Assembly (NCBI GenBank): GCA_951406725.2
Contig: OX597820.1
Coordinates: forward strand, 40,920,001-40,984,000
Length of the DNA stretch: 64,000 nt
Origin: Octopus vulgaris
Lineage: Eukaryota
Direction of reading: 5' to 3'
In this document: positions 1 to 13,544 of the stretch, piece by piece
Position numbering within the stretch: the stretch's first letter is position 1
How the letters are laid out: every line of letters starts with the position of its first letter
Made by a program: the position numbers and the translations under genes
The notes under the pieces: generated by a model
The model's input: only the letters and a program-made list of their open reading frames with translations
What the model was told of the DNA's origin: nothing
Database searches by the model: none

Positions 1-67
1 TGAATATCTCTTTCAAAATCAAAGATAAAGAGGATAACTATGGACAACTGCTTCAAAATCTCCAGTA

Positions 68-330
68 TCATCATCATCATCATCATCGTTTAACGTCCGT
101 TCTCCATGCTAGCATGGGTTGGACGGTTCGACCGGGGATCTGGGAAGCCAGAAGGCTGCACCAGGCTCCAGTCTTATCTGGCAATGTTTCTACAGCTGGA
201 TGCCCTTCCTAACGCCAACCACTCCGTGAGTGTAGTGGGTGCTTTTTACGTGCCACCTGCACAGGTGCCAGGCGAGGCTGGCAACGGCCACGGTCGGATT
301 GGTGTATTTTATGTGCCACCGGCACGGACC
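68..330 (-). mobile_element. SINE/RTE-related retroposon fragment with (GAT)n tail
   Basis: GC-richer island. The minus strand contains GGTTGGCGTTAGGAAGGGCATCCAGC and ends GGACGTTAAAC(GAT)n, features I recognise from RTE-mobilised SINEs. There is an internal duplicated TTTTAYGTGCCACC motif. Confidence 0.7.
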
Positions 331-331
331 A

Positions 332-620
332 TATTATAAATTCCCATTTATGTCAATAATAATTGGTGCTCTTGATCTTGTGAGCAAATGCCTAAGTAAC
401 AATCTGGATAAGCTAGGATTTTCAGAAAAAGAAATCGGTTATCTCGCACATTACAAATATCATCTGTAAATGGAACAGTAAACATAATACAATACTTTCC
501 TCCATGTTTAAAATGTGATATTGTTTTTGTTATATTCATTCCAACCATGGAGTATTATTGTATGTTTGCTAGAAACGAGCGCCTTCTTCAGAAGAAGAAT
601 TCAGATAATTAAAAACAGAA
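332..620 (+). mobile_element. 3' remnant of a restriction-like-endonuclease (R4/Dong-like) non-LTR retrotransposon
   Basis: Translates YYKFPFMSIIIGALDLVSKCLSNNLDKLGFSEKE, then SVNGTV after a frameshift. This fits the IIIGALG...L..LG C-terminal pattern of RLE-type elements. It is homologous to the 16385-16778 copy and is followed by (CATA)n. Confidence 0.6.
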
Positions 621-635
621 CTTACATACGTAAAC

Positions 636-659
636 ACATACATACATACATACACACAT

Positions 660-694
<35 letters not shown>

Positions 695-790
695 TACATA
701 CATACATACATACATACATACATACATACATACATACATACATACATACATACATACATACATACATACATACATACATACATACATAGA
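636..790. repeat. (CATA)n/(CA)n compound microsatellite
   Basis: Directly visible. It explains the YIHT/MYVC ORFs. Confidence 0.97.
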
Positions 791-1265
791 TACACATATA
801 CATGCATAAATACATTTTAGAACTTCAAAACATCGCATCTTCACACAATCAAGATATTAATATTATGTCAATTTTACTATAGCACCTTATTGATTGAGAT
901 TCCAGAATATTATCATTCTGACTTAAAATCGTTAATGTTATCTAAACATTATAATTTCGCGTATATACATTTTGTGATAGAGTTGTATATCCTTTTATCT
1001 AGTCGGTTGTATTTCTGTGTCAAGATATAAAGCAATGACAACGTTTGTTGGCTCACAGGGTGTGAGATTTTCGCAAGATCTACGAAAAAGTTTTAAAATA
1101 AACTTATAAATCTGAAAAAATTAATACCAATTTTGTTTTTATAATCTTCATCATATTAATTTCTGGTATTATAGTATACACATATACGTTGTGTACATTT
1201 TTATAAACATGCATATGTGTGTATATGTGTGTGTGTGTGCATGCGTACTTACATACAAACATACA

Positions 1266-1335
<70 letters not shown>

Positions 1336-2075
1336 TATACATACATAAATATATCTGAGCGCGCGCATGTGTGTGTGTAGGTGCATATGCTATAGTGAAG
1401 GTTTAAATACTCAATACACTATTGTGATGAAGCATTTTGTGTTCGATATGTGTTTAAGTATGTTACACATACACAATAAACACACACAGACATAAATATA
1501 CACACACATACACACAACGAATTAACATTACGGTGTAAAGTTTTAGAGAATTTTAGCAAATTTTACATGTACATACATTCAGAAAAGCACATACACATAC
1601 ACACAGACCATCTAAATACCTCTTCATTTCCCCTTAATCTCTCCTCCTCTTCCCCTCTCTCCCCTTCCCCCCTCTCCCCCTCTACTTCTCCCTCTCTTTC
1701 TGAATGAAAGACATACAAACAGTAGCTTTTATAATTAGTCAAGCGTTCGCCCATCATATCGATAGAGAAGACTAACTTCTAGAAATTAATTAAATCACAA
1801 AAACTTTTCACGATTTCACGCCCACACGAGACTCCATTATGTTAAACTCGAATACCAAGAGAATAAACCTTCAGCCAAAATGAGAGATGTTCTAATCTCT
1901 TCTTTAACCCTTACCCACCCATCATGCTTACACTTCTATTTTTACTTTTTAATCATATATTTCTGTCTTTTAATTTTTAACCTTAATACGTTTTACATTT
2001 CGTTCAGCCTCGTTCTTTGTCTTCTGTTATAAATTCGATTCGTAACTATGACGTATTCTAGGAATGTAACACCAG

Positions 2076-2296
2076 CCTCGAGTCAACAAAGGAAGTTTTG
2101 TGGAGTCGTTAGTTATTCTAGAAATAGCAGCAAAAACTCCCTCAAATGTCACCTTTATGGAAAGATAGGGATATAAATATTAATGTAAATCCTAAATTAG
2201 CAATCTATTAAAGGACAGGATGGCTATGGTATAAACGTTTTTAATAATAGCTCTGCTTAGTCAGGACTAACTTTGGGCTAAACGGCTACAACACTA
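2076..2296 (+). mobile_element. Old interspersed repeat (family F; CTAGAAATAGCAGCCAAA motif)
   Basis: Degenerate ~200-bp unit. It recurs at about 7283-7445 and 11139-11310 (+), and at 12570-12790, 25780-25945, 42670-42890, 48340-48500, 60010-60240 and 60270-60470 (-). Confidence 0.55.
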
Positions 2297-4133
2297 TAAC
2301 TAGCAGGTACTTTATTTTACCTACCCCGAGAGGATGAAAAGTAAAGGTGACTTTAGCAGAAGTTGAAACCAGAACATAGATCGTCTAAATAGCGTAATTA
2401 AAGTAATTACTGCAAGCACCTTTACTTGCATTCAGAGGATCGCTTGAAGCAATTGCTGCAAACATCGTTTGATTTCGTTATGTCATTCTATTGCTAATGT
2501 CTTTACGAAATGGATGAACATCACAGAAGCCTACTTGCTCTCTTCTCGTGTTTCATTATGTTGTATCAGCGACTGATCTGCTACTATCGTCATTCAATCT
2601 ACCAGACTTATAGCAGCCAAAATTCTATCAAACCACACCCTGCAACTGTCTTAGAAAAAGATTCATTGGCTATTGTAATCCAATGTCTCATTACGTCTCA
2701 ACAACAATAAATGGCGTAGTCAAGGCTGTAATGCGATGAGACTGTTGGTCTATTCAATAATGACTGACATTGACCTAAATAACATGTTAATTTAAATAAA
2801 GCGATTACTGTTTTTTTTTTCTTTTGGTTTTTTTTTTTACCTTTTCTACTTTCACTTTGTAGAAATCACAAACGATATCATCATCATCTAAAATATATCC
2901 ACGCTAGTTTTGTTCGATTTGATTAGAAAGCTTCAGCCCTCCATTCTCTGCTTTGCTAAGATAATACAGTAAGTACCAGTAATACGCTAGGGATGATTCA
3001 AACGACACAGACCCTACTGATTGCAACAAATATAAGAGAAGACGCCATAAATATGTATCAGAGAACTACAGACAATGGAAATTACCCCCAGTACATGCTG
3101 GATTCTTTGTTTAATTAGTTCTTGGGAGTTGAAAGTCAACATTTAGGAGGGGTTTGAACTCAAATGTATAGAATTGGTACTTAGTATATACTGTAGTATA
3201 TACTAAAATCTATTTTGTCCTACAGAACAACATTCTTGGAGCTCTCACCCCTCCTAACAAAATGTTGGCCTTCTGCCTACATAAACATGACATTTTATTC
3301 TTCTCATGTTTCCTCGACCAACTACTCATTCTTAATCCAGTTCTTCTACTTTTTCCTCCTCGTCATCATCGTTGTCGGTATCTTAGTATTGTTCCTCATA
3401 TTTTGGTCTCCTACGTCATCTTTGACTCCTGCTACTGTTTTTGGTTCATTCATTACACCCACACCTACACCCATTACTACAACTAATTCTCTTCCGCCTT
3501 CACTCCTGTTCCTTCGCTGGCAGCTCTAACACCACTGCCAGCAGCATCTACACCACTACTATTACCGTCACCACCAAAATCATCTCTCTTCATCGCCATG
3601 ATCATCATCGTCATTGTTCCAACAACAGCTTAGTAAGCGAACATCATGAACCAAATCCACTACTCTTAGCCCCCTACCCACCCTCCAACACAACCCCCCC
3701 CACCTCATCTTCATTCATCATTCCATCCCGCTCCACCGTCACATCCAACACCGCCTTGCAGAACTTCCTGCTTTCGTTATCTTCTTCACCAGGGAAAAAT
3801 GCTTTAAAAATAGGACACAGTTTAACTAACAAAGGAAATGGTAAAATCGATTCGGCAACCTCAAAAACTTGGAATGGAATTAGAACAGGCAACGAGACAC
3901 GTTCCTGTACGTGTAGTGAGTGTATGACAAGGAGGGAACAGCTCCGTAAAAATGGTACCAGTAAATTCGGGATGAAAAATATAACACTTCGTACGAATAT
4001 ATATATGATGAAACAACACCATATGTTACACAAAATTCCCCACATTTATGTATGTATGTGTGCATATATGTATACATGTAATGTATGTGCATCTCTCTCT
4101 CTCTCTCTCTCTTAACTATAATATATCAGTACG

Positions 4134-4164
<31 letters not shown>

Positions 4165-4304
4165 AGTGTTTTAGTGTGGTTACACTAAAGTCATATGGAC
4201 ATTCCTGTTCTAAGGTGCACACATTTGTTTGTATATATTTAAATTAAACATCTAATGCATGAGTATGTGTATATATGTATATATGTATCTCTGTGTGTGT
4301 GTAT

Positions 4305-4376
<72 letters not shown>

Positions 4377-4400
4377 GTCTCTATCTATCTAAGTATCTAT

Positions 4401-4439
<39 letters not shown>

Positions 4440-4494
4440 CACGCATACACACACACATATATATATATATATATGTGTGTGTGTTTATGTGTAT

Positions 4495-4542
<48 letters not shown>

Positions 4543-5480
4543 CGTGTGTATATATATATATATGTATATAGATGTATGTATGTATATAGACACACACACA
4601 CACACTCAGAGGGTGAGATAGAAAGAGCCTGTGTGTGTAAGCGAGCGAGCTATGCATATGTTTTTTTTTTTTAAATGTGTGTGCAAGTTGGTAAGTAGTC
4701 AAAGGAGGAAAAATCACGTGGCATTGGTCTATTAATGCGATAGCAGTAGATGCAGGCTAGAACTAGTGAGGTGTGTTTGAACGCTGTACTATGTGTAGAC
4801 TGCTTCATGGTGTCCCTCTGTACTCTTTGCGTTTGTGCGCGTGCAAGTGTGTGTATGCATTTAATTTGCCACTGACGATGTGCGTTTTTCGAGTGAGTGT
4901 ATTCATGTGCATACCTGAATTATACTGTGCGTATGTGTGTGTGTATGTCTTTGTATGTGTATATGGGTATATTTGTTTACAAATGTGTAACCGTGTGTGA
5001 GTAGGTTTGCGTGTGTGTGTGTGCATTTATTTGTCTATGAGTGTGTATCTGTGTTCGTGTGTGCGCGCGCTTTGGTGTATATGAGTTTGTGTGTGTGTGT
5101 GTGTATGTGTGTGTGTGTGTGCGTGTGTGTGTGTGTGTGTGCGTGTGGGTATGTGTAAGCATTTGCTTGTGGTACTGTTTAGGGATATAGATAGATACAT
5201 CAACAAAGGAACGAACAAAAAAACAAGGGAGGAACGAATAAAAGAATGGCTGAATGAACGAACGAAAGAGCGAACGAATGAATGAATGAATGAATGAATG
5301 AATGAATGAATGAATGAATGAATGAATGCTTGAACGACAGAATGGATCACGGCTGGTTTCGATTAACCAGTATCTCAGAATTCCATTTTCGTATTTTTGG
5401 AACGGTGAAACTGGAAACAGATAAAGCTATAAATAGTACCGTGTAAATATAGGATTTAAACCCTTTATAAAAAAATGGTT

Positions 5481-5556
5481 AAAAACTGCTCGTGAGATTC
5501 GAACCCATATTTTCTGTAAGCAAGACAGACGTTCTACCATTGGACCCAAAATACGT
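5481..5556 (-). pseudogene. Degenerate tRNA-like sequence (Ala-TGC-like anticodon arm); tRNA pseudogene or SINE head
   Basis: The minus strand reads TGGGTCCAATGGTAGAACG-TCTGT CTTGCTT ACAGA-AAAT-ATGGG TTCGAAT CTCAC-GAGCAG-TTTTT. It has A/B-box-like motifs, a perfect 5-bp anticodon stem and an oligo-T. The acceptor stem does not pair. Confidence 0.55.
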
Positions 5557-5758
5557 GTTTGTGTGTGTGTGTGGGGGGGGTGTCATGTGTGGTAATACGT
5601 TTATGTATGCAATTATTCGTAAGCGTACTCAATAATTTTTTGTGGAACGAAATTATTTTTATTGTAGGCTGAAACTGTTGTAATTCTTATTACTTCATAT
5701 TTATGTCTTAAGGTAACCTTGCCTGACGATTGAAAACGGGAACTATGTACGTACGTAC

Positions 5759-5789
<31 letters not shown>

Positions 5790-6516
5790 TGTATGTATGT
5801 ATGTATGTATGTATGTATGTATGTATGTGTGTATGTATGTATGTATGTATGTATGTATGTATGTATCTATCTATCTATTTAATAACAACTTAATAAATAA
5901 AACATATGCATACATACATACATGTACATACCTACATCTATATGTATATATACATGCATATATGAGTACAGGACACCACAAATAAACGTAGAACATAACG
6001 AGAAACGAAAACATAAAATCAAACAAGGAAACGGACTTTTTTAACAAAGAAAAAACAAAGTACAAAACAAACAATACAAGGAATATACCCCTTCATCAGC
6101 TGCCCCTGTTTCGACTCAATGCGTGTGTATCTATCTATCTATCTATCTATGTGTGTGTGTTTATTTGTATATATGTTTTAATGTACGCGTTCACGTAAAT
6201 TAAATGACAACCGCTGTACAATTATTACTCGCTGAAAAGATCTACCTAGACATCGAATAATATTGTGAGTCACTATTGGCCAGACTCATGTACCCTTAAC
6301 GTAATCCCAATCCTCTGTCAGACAGTGTCAGTGTTTCACTATCTAACAATGCTGGGTCCTTAAATTTCAAGAAATCCAGGCGACGGGCTTCCGAACAGTT
6401 TCCTTCTTACCCAGTTTTATTCACATTCTTTAAATCGACCAAAGGGCATGTTATAGAATACTAAATCTTTTGTACAAGTGTCATCGAACTTGAAATATTG
6501 AATGAGTACGAGTATG

Positions 6517-6901
6517 CTCTTTTACTCTTTTACTTGTTTCAGTCATTTGACTATGGCCGTGCTGGAGCACCGCATTTAGTCGAGCAAATCGACCCCAGGA
6601 CTTATTCTTTGTAAGCCTATTACTTATTCTATCGGTCTCTTTGGCCGAACCGCTAAGTTACGGGGACGTAAACACACCAGCATCAGTTGTCAAGCGATAT
6701 TGGGGAGACAAACACAGACACATATATATACATATATACGACATATATACGACGGGCTTCTTTCAGTGACCGTCTACCAAATCCACTCACAAGGCTTTGG
6801 TCGGCCCGAGGCTATAGTAGAAGACACTTGCCCAAGATGCCACGCAGTGGGACTGAACCCGGAAACATGTGGTTCGTAAGCAAGCTACTTACCACACAGC
6901 C
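6517..6901 (-). mobile_element. tRNA-headed SINE, family B (full length)
   Basis: Reverse complement of the 40408-40774 copy. Head GGCTGTGTGGTAAG...GGGTTCAGTCCCACTG, internal TA/TG microsatellite, tail AAGTAAAAGAGTAAAAGAG. Confidence 0.9.
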
Positions 6902-7003
6902 ACAACTCGCCATACATACAAAACTCTAGCACGTATATAGAAGTATTTATGTCTCAGTGTTTATATGACTGATTTTATGCTCGTGCGTTTATAACTCCAG
7001 GTG

Positions 7004-7052
<49 letters not shown>

Positions 7053-8138
7053 TTGGTATTTCCTGATTTTCTTTGTTTGTTTTGTTTATGTAATAAAAGA
7101 AAAGAATATGATTGTCATTGCAACCTCACATGTCAGATGTCAACATTTCTATGCAATGAGGGCTGTCTATAGCAGGGATGAGCATTCTCTTATGGGAAAT
7201 AGACTGCAAGACGCATAGCTTACCGTCAACGATCTGCAGGATGCATATGTCCCATGACCTGTTTACAGTGTCAATAGACACTCTAGAAATAGCAGCCAAA
7301 ACTACTTCAAAACTTTGTAAGAAAATGTAAAGGTATACTAGACGGCGCTGTTTCCCCTCAAGAAAATAGATTGTCCTCTATGGAAGTTCTCTTATCATGA
7401 GTCTACTAAATTAGGCGTGATCTGGAGTTAAGCAACGGCAATTATCAGCATAGGTTGAGTCGGTGAAATATAAAACAAATACATCTTTGTTTAGATACAC
7501 TGCAGAGACAATGAGTGGATACGGACTATATGACCGTCCTTTGTACAGCATCACCATTAAGCTGTAGTCTTTTGGCAGGCAAGCAGAAACAACTACAAGC
7601 ATTTACGCCTCAAAAAGTTAGCTATCCGGCCGAATATATGAGGCTGTGATGCGCAATCGGAATTCGTAAATTGAATTCAATATCAATGAGGCACCAATTA
7701 TCAATGTTTTGTGGTCGGATGTGAAGTATCGACCTATAGCTGACCAATGATTGGTTACAGTGATGCACATGGCACTCACAATGGTGCAGGAAAGAAGAGA
7801 GGAAGTGTGCACAGGCTAATGTTTAACAGATGCAAATTAACAGAATCAACGAGACAAATAACCGTCTTGCGAGGAATAGAATACCTAACCAAAAATATTT
7901 CACTACACATATGCACACATACTTGCACAAATGCATACATACATGCACACATATCTTTGTGTGTGAATGTGTGCGTGCATGTGTGTGTATGTGTGCATGT
8001 GTGCACGCGCCTATATACCCACACACACACACGTCTTACGATTAATTTAGATACGTTATATTATATATATAGACACATTTCATATATATATACATTATAT
8101 ATATATATGTATATATATATTTACATATAAATACACAT

Positions 8139-8174
<36 letters not shown>

Positions 8175-8455
8175 TATATACATACATACAAATTCATTCA
8201 CACGCACACATTCTCTGTGTGTGTGCCCGCGCGCAGATTGTTTGAAGTGGTGTACAGATTTTATATATTAAGAGAAGGAGGTAGCCAGGACTTTGGTTAA
8301 TTATTTATTTAGTGCTTTCATCTCTTTCGAGAGATTCATTACGAATGATTTATTTACAGAAAATTCATGTCTTTTATATAAATGAGAATTAGTAAAAAAT
8401 AACTGGAGTTGAATTGGGAAGAGGATGTTCTTTGTTATCATTTATTGATATATAC

Positions 8456-8498
<43 letters not shown>

Positions 8499-9099
8499 CG
8501 ACTTTAATGTCGTTGCCGGTAACACATTTCTACTCACACGGCATTAATCTATCACGAAGTACACAACACGAAAAGATAGTCGTGCGCAGTTGTATCGCAA
8601 CCCAAACCATGGCTTTACATGGATCTATAATGCAAAGTCATATAGAAAGACTTGTTCTTTGAATTACGCCAAATCACAAAGCTAATCACTCGAAATGGCC
8701 AATACCAGTTATACTCGTGAAAATAGTAGTTACTGTTTAAGCCTAGTCCAGCTTCCATTTAATATGTCCATGGTCGAACGCATTGCCGTTACGGCTATTT
8801 TGTCTATTATCGCTAGGTTTGATATATTATGGATCTTCTGATAGTGATTTGGTTGCTTTTTCCAGACGAGCATTTTGCCTCGTAGTAGGAGGAAGAACAC
8901 AAAAGACAGGAGGTAATTGCAAGCAAATCTTAAGGGAAGTAACTTCAAGAAAGTTTGACTTAATTTCTACCTATTTTCCCCTTAGATTACTTTTTAATAT
9001 TATGCAAATCGTAATTGATAGGTTGTAGTTGCAGGAATAGCAGTAACAGCAACAATAACAAGAACAGCAGTATAAGTAGAGAAATAACTCAGCAACTAT

Positions 9100-9163
9100 T
9101 AGCAGCAACAGCAGCAGCAGCGGCAACAGCAGCAGCAGCGGCAACAGCAGCAGCAGTAGCAAC

Positions 9164-9210
<47 letters not shown>

Positions 9211-9233
9211 AAGTAGTAGTGGTGGTGGTGGTG

Positions 9234-9265
<32 letters not shown>

Positions 9266-9267
9266 CA

Positions 9268-9329
<62 letters not shown>

Positions 9330-9330
9330 T
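9100..9330. repeat. (GCA)n-(GTA)n-(GTG)n compound trinucleotide repeat
   Basis: Directly visible. It is the source of the poly-A/V and poly-Y/H ORFs. A similar tract lies at 11361-11522. Confidence 0.95.
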
Positions 9331-10305
9331 TGAGCTGTCAAAATAGCGCAGAGATTTATAATAGGAACAGGTCAAATATGGCGATGGAGAGGGAGGCAAT
9401 TATAGACGGATCTGCGGTGGCAACTGACGAATCAATAATTAAAGATTAAGAAACGCCAGTATGAGATTTAATTTAGATCATATTAAGTAGGTTTAAGGTT
9501 TAATTTCACTGTGCTTAATTGATATTTGTAAGCAAAATCAGAGATTTTGCCACTTTCAATGATTCATACTTAATTTTAACGATATTCGAAAATGGAAAAT
9601 TCTGTTGGAGAAACGTTCTACCGAACTGAACTTGTCTTTGTGATTCTCTCGTTACGTTATATATTTTGGGAACGAAATAACAACACAACCTTACCATTTC
9701 CTCATCCAGTTTATGTTCTATATTAGAAGCAATAGTTTGCCAGTATAATTTTCTCTTCATCTGCAACTTCTTTTTCTGTTTTACTTATTTATTTGGATAA
9801 ATTCAATCAACATCCTCCTCCACGCATTCTATCCTTCCTTGCAAAATAAAAATAATCACCAGTAGTATACTAGTGCCGATTCCTTAATTATATATCTCTG
9901 TCAAAGAGTGGTTTCGTATCTAGTGAAATAAAGTGATTATATAATGTTTTGTCATCCTTAATAAATACCAAGTACAGTTTTCTAAATACAATAGATTATG
10001 TCAGAGGACTGTAATAATATATAAGCAAGCATGCAAACGTTTGTGTATGATGCTTATGTGGCCTGATGCATTTTCTTGAACGGAAGCTGACAAAAGAAAT
10101 AAGAATAAAGCATGGAGGTTTTATTCTTAACATTCGTACAATCGTTTTCTGGTAATATTGTGTGTGCACATATTTATGAATAATTAGACGTAAAGCTGGA
10201 GTACAGCTCAAAAGTGGAAATATATCTAAAATGCGATATATAGAATATTAGGTTTATAGTCGGATACTTTCTGCAAAAATTCATACAAGAGTAATGTAAT
10301 ATATA

Positions 10306-10724
10306 TTTCTTTACTGCCTACAAGGGGCTAAACATAGAGGGGACAAACAAGGACAGACAAAGGGATTAAGTCGATTACATCGACCCCAGAACGAGACTGG
10401 TACTTTATTTATCGAACCCGAAAGGATTAAAAGCAAAGTCGACCTCGGCGGAATTTGAACTCAGAACGTAACGACAGACGAAATACCTGTTTCTTTATTA
10501 CCCACAAGGGGTTAAACATAGAGGGGACAAACAATGACAGAAAAACGAGATTAAGTCGATTACATCGATCCCAGTGCGTAAACTGGTACTTTATTTAATC
10601 GACCCCGAAAGGATGAAAGGTAAAGTCGAACCTCGGCGGAATTTGAACTCAGAACGTAATGGCAGACGAAATACCGCTAAGCATTTAGCCCGGCGCGCTA
10701 ACGTTTCAGCCAGCTCGTCACCTC
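10306..10724 (-). mobile_element. SINE family A, tandem dimer (one headed copy plus one headless copy)
   Basis: Two consecutive copies of the reverse complement of GAGTTCAAATTCCGCCGAGGTCGACTTTGCCTTTCATCCTTTCGGGGTCGAT...GTAAAGAAATA. The junction is at about 10488. Confidence 0.9.
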
Positions 10725-11360
10725 AGGGTAATGTAATATACATGTATCTATCGTTGTTTATATGGGAAAACAAATGAGTTTACTAGTATGATTACAAAAA
10801 AGGTCTCAATTAAGCAATTAGCATTTATTTCATATTCACTAACCTATTTTAGCTAGCAGAACGTAAGACTAAGGAAACCCTAAGATAATAGACGCAACAC
10901 CAACAAGCGCAATCTCCCACAAGATAAACGTTACCGTTCCTCAGGAAAAAAAGGTATGCCTAATCAGTCAATAATAGACCAAGGAAAATAATGTCAATCT
11001 CAGAAAAACACAACAAACGGGATTGTCGGTCACGTATAGAATGCCAGCATACTCGGATCAAAGTGTCGTTGGGTAAGTTTGAATCATTCGACCGTGCAAT
11101 AACAAGCCGAGGAAGCCACTACGTTATTGCATAATTTGCTAGAAATAGCAGTGAAATGCCTCTCGAATGACATGCTAGTGTATTGAAAGTGAGATGTGCA
11201 AGCATGGACGACATAATTCTAGAAAACTCTGAAGAAACGAAATGGTTTCCGCTTAAGTACTCTTGATCATGTCTGCCGAATCTAAGTTGAACTGAAACTA
11301 AAACGATAACTAACGCTTACTAAACTGTCATAAGTACATTTGATCATGGCTGATGAAGGC

Positions 11361-11399
<39 letters not shown>

Positions 11400-11963
11400 A
11401 TGGTGGTGGTGGTGGTGGTGGTGGTGGTGGTGGTAGCGTTGTTGTTGTTGGTGGTGGTGGTGGTAGTAGTAGTAGTTGTAGTAGTAGTAGTAGTTGTTGT
11501 TGCTGTTGTTGTTGTTGTTGTTCTTGTAACCTCATAACCTCCTTCAGTTACAGAGATTAGTGAAAGTTCAAAAGAAACTTTTCAGATTTATTGAGGTGGA
11601 ACGGAAAATTTATGGAGTAGGGTGTTCAATTCAGACTATTTTCTGCCAATTGGGGTTCGAAATTTGATCTCAAATTTCATTCACCTAATTTTTTTCCTAT
11701 CGCATCACAGTAATATTGATTATCGCATCAAATCGTACTTCGAAAAAAATAAAAAAAGCCAGGGACTGTGATAAGAATTACGATAACGTTGATAGTGAAG
11801 GTGGCGTGATGATTGTGGTACTGTGGATTACAATGTCGACAATGATAATGGCGGTAGTGGAGGTGATGATGATGATAATGATGCTGATGACGACGATGAT
11901 GGTGATGCCGACAAAGACAATAATTTGTTTGTTTTATGAAAAATTGTGTTTCTGTAAACTTAC

Positions 11964-12167
11964 CGGTTCCCAGCCATTCTGTTCCTTTGACCTTCTCATT
12001 CGGCGGCAGGATTTCAAATATGTCCGAATCCGTTTTCGGGATCGTTCGTGAAATTCCGGAAATTGTCGGTCACATGCTTCTAATATAGCCTGAATTTTAT
12101 CCTTAGGCTGTTTAGAAATGGGCACCATTCTGTCGAGATTTTCATCGACAAACAAACGGACAAACAT
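11964..12167 (-). CDS. NOL4: Internal coding exon (204 nt, phase 0-0) of the NOL4/NOL4L-like gene, conserved core domain
   Basis: Acceptor ttttttttttctcatccag|ATG and donor CCG|gtaagt. Translation: [68 protein letters not shown], recognised as the highly conserved NOL4-family block. Orthology to NOL4 versus NOL4L cannot be resolved here. Confidence 0.95.
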
Positions 12168-12879
12168 CTGGATGAGAAAAAAAAAATGAGAAAAAAATTA
12201 ATAAACATAATTAAACTGAAAACAACAAAAGAAATAAGTTTTGTTTTGTTTTTTCTTACTGATTCTATCTTAAGCAAGAAGAGAAATGAAGCGTTGTTAG
12301 AAAAGTTATTTGTAAATAAATTTCGGTAGTAACATTTTTAAAATGTTTGGTAACATAATCAGCTACAATACAAGGAACTGAGGCAACGATCGTAGATTTC
12401 ATAATACGTTTCATATTGTGCTGAGCGTCGATCGTCGGAAAAGATTCTTTCAATTACTCCACGTGAATTTGAACCACTCTGGATACGACTAAGAGTATAA
12501 CAAACGTAATTGAATATAAGTGTCCCAAGCACTAGTATGATAGAGCCAACGGCTCGAACCTTTCGTTTTTAGTGTTTATTCCCTGATCAGCTCTAATCAA
12601 GTAGATATGAATCATAACCAATCCGGTTTTTACTTGTTTCAAACGTAGCATATCAAAGACTATATTGCATACTCATCAAATGACTGATAAATCTTATTTG
12701 GATCAATGAATGAAAATATTTCAGCAATTAGAATTATGAAGGGAATATTCAGCTGTTTTAAGCAAGTTAAATCACAGCATAGATCTTAATTCATAGTTCG
12801 ACTGCTTGAATCTCTCGGATCATAGTTATTGATCATCAGGTGGTGATGGTGGTTGACTCTTCTGTCATAAACGACGAAT

Positions 12880-13150
12880 GAGGGTTTTGTTTGCTACTTT
12901 TCTTGCTGAACAACCTATGCAGGTAATTTGTTTATTGTGATTAAACGTTTGAGCTGTACATTAGCTCATTCCATCTGTGGTAACTCCATTACCCGCACAT
13001 GTACACGACGTGACGCATATCAAATGTCGAAGTGATCGCAGCTCAATGTGAAATGAAGTGTTTGGCCCAAGATCAGCACGGCCTAGGAATCGAAATCAAC
13101 GATCTTGCGATCAGTAGCGCAACAGCCAACCCACTAAGCCACACACCTTC
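12880..13150 (-). mobile_element. Degenerate tRNA-headed SINE (family C-like head)
   Basis: The minus strand starts GTGTGGCTTAGTGGGTTGG...GATTTCGATTCCTAGG...ACACTTCATTTCAC, similar to the heads at 21280-21388, 37220-37340 and 62058-62195. Confidence 0.55.
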
Positions 13151-13510
13151 AGGTGATCAAGTAATCAAATCTATTAATTTAGACTGAGCGCTCACTACAT
13201 TGTTCGTCAGTAGGACTGGTGTTAACCTATTAGCAGATGTGATAACTGTTCCTATACTAACATCGCCTTAAAAAGATATTGTTACTGTGTTTTATTCAAG
13301 ATGAAAGTATTGTACCCGTACCTATTCATAAAACTTCTAGACTGATAAAATGCATTGAGCATTTTACTGTTCAAAATAGAAAAGCCCTTGCGACAGAAGT
13401 CGAGCCTTGTGATAAATATATTTAGGATGTCATACCGATTACAGCTCAGAAAGCCTTGTCTTTCTCATTAAACTATCTCCATAACAGATGTCATGGTATT
13501 TCTTCCCACA

Positions 13511-13544
<34 letters not shown>

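Noticed and set aside
3441-4115. 224-aa plus-strand ORF with a CxxC-like motif
   Set aside because: It runs through (CAC/CAT) low-complexity sequence and ends in microsatellite. No recognisable domain.
5481-5556. Functional tRNA-Ala(TGC) gene
   Set aside because: The acceptor stem does not pair, and the D- and T-arms have mismatches. Kept only as a relic.
6085-6125. CTGATGA and GAAAC near each other on the minus strand as a hammerhead
   Set aside because: The motifs are in an order and spacing that give no closing stem II/GAAA. Probably just a repeat fragment.
11934-11963. C-terminal VSLQKHNFS of the ORF-track NOL4-like ORF
   Set aside because: Intronic read-through past the GTAAGT donor.
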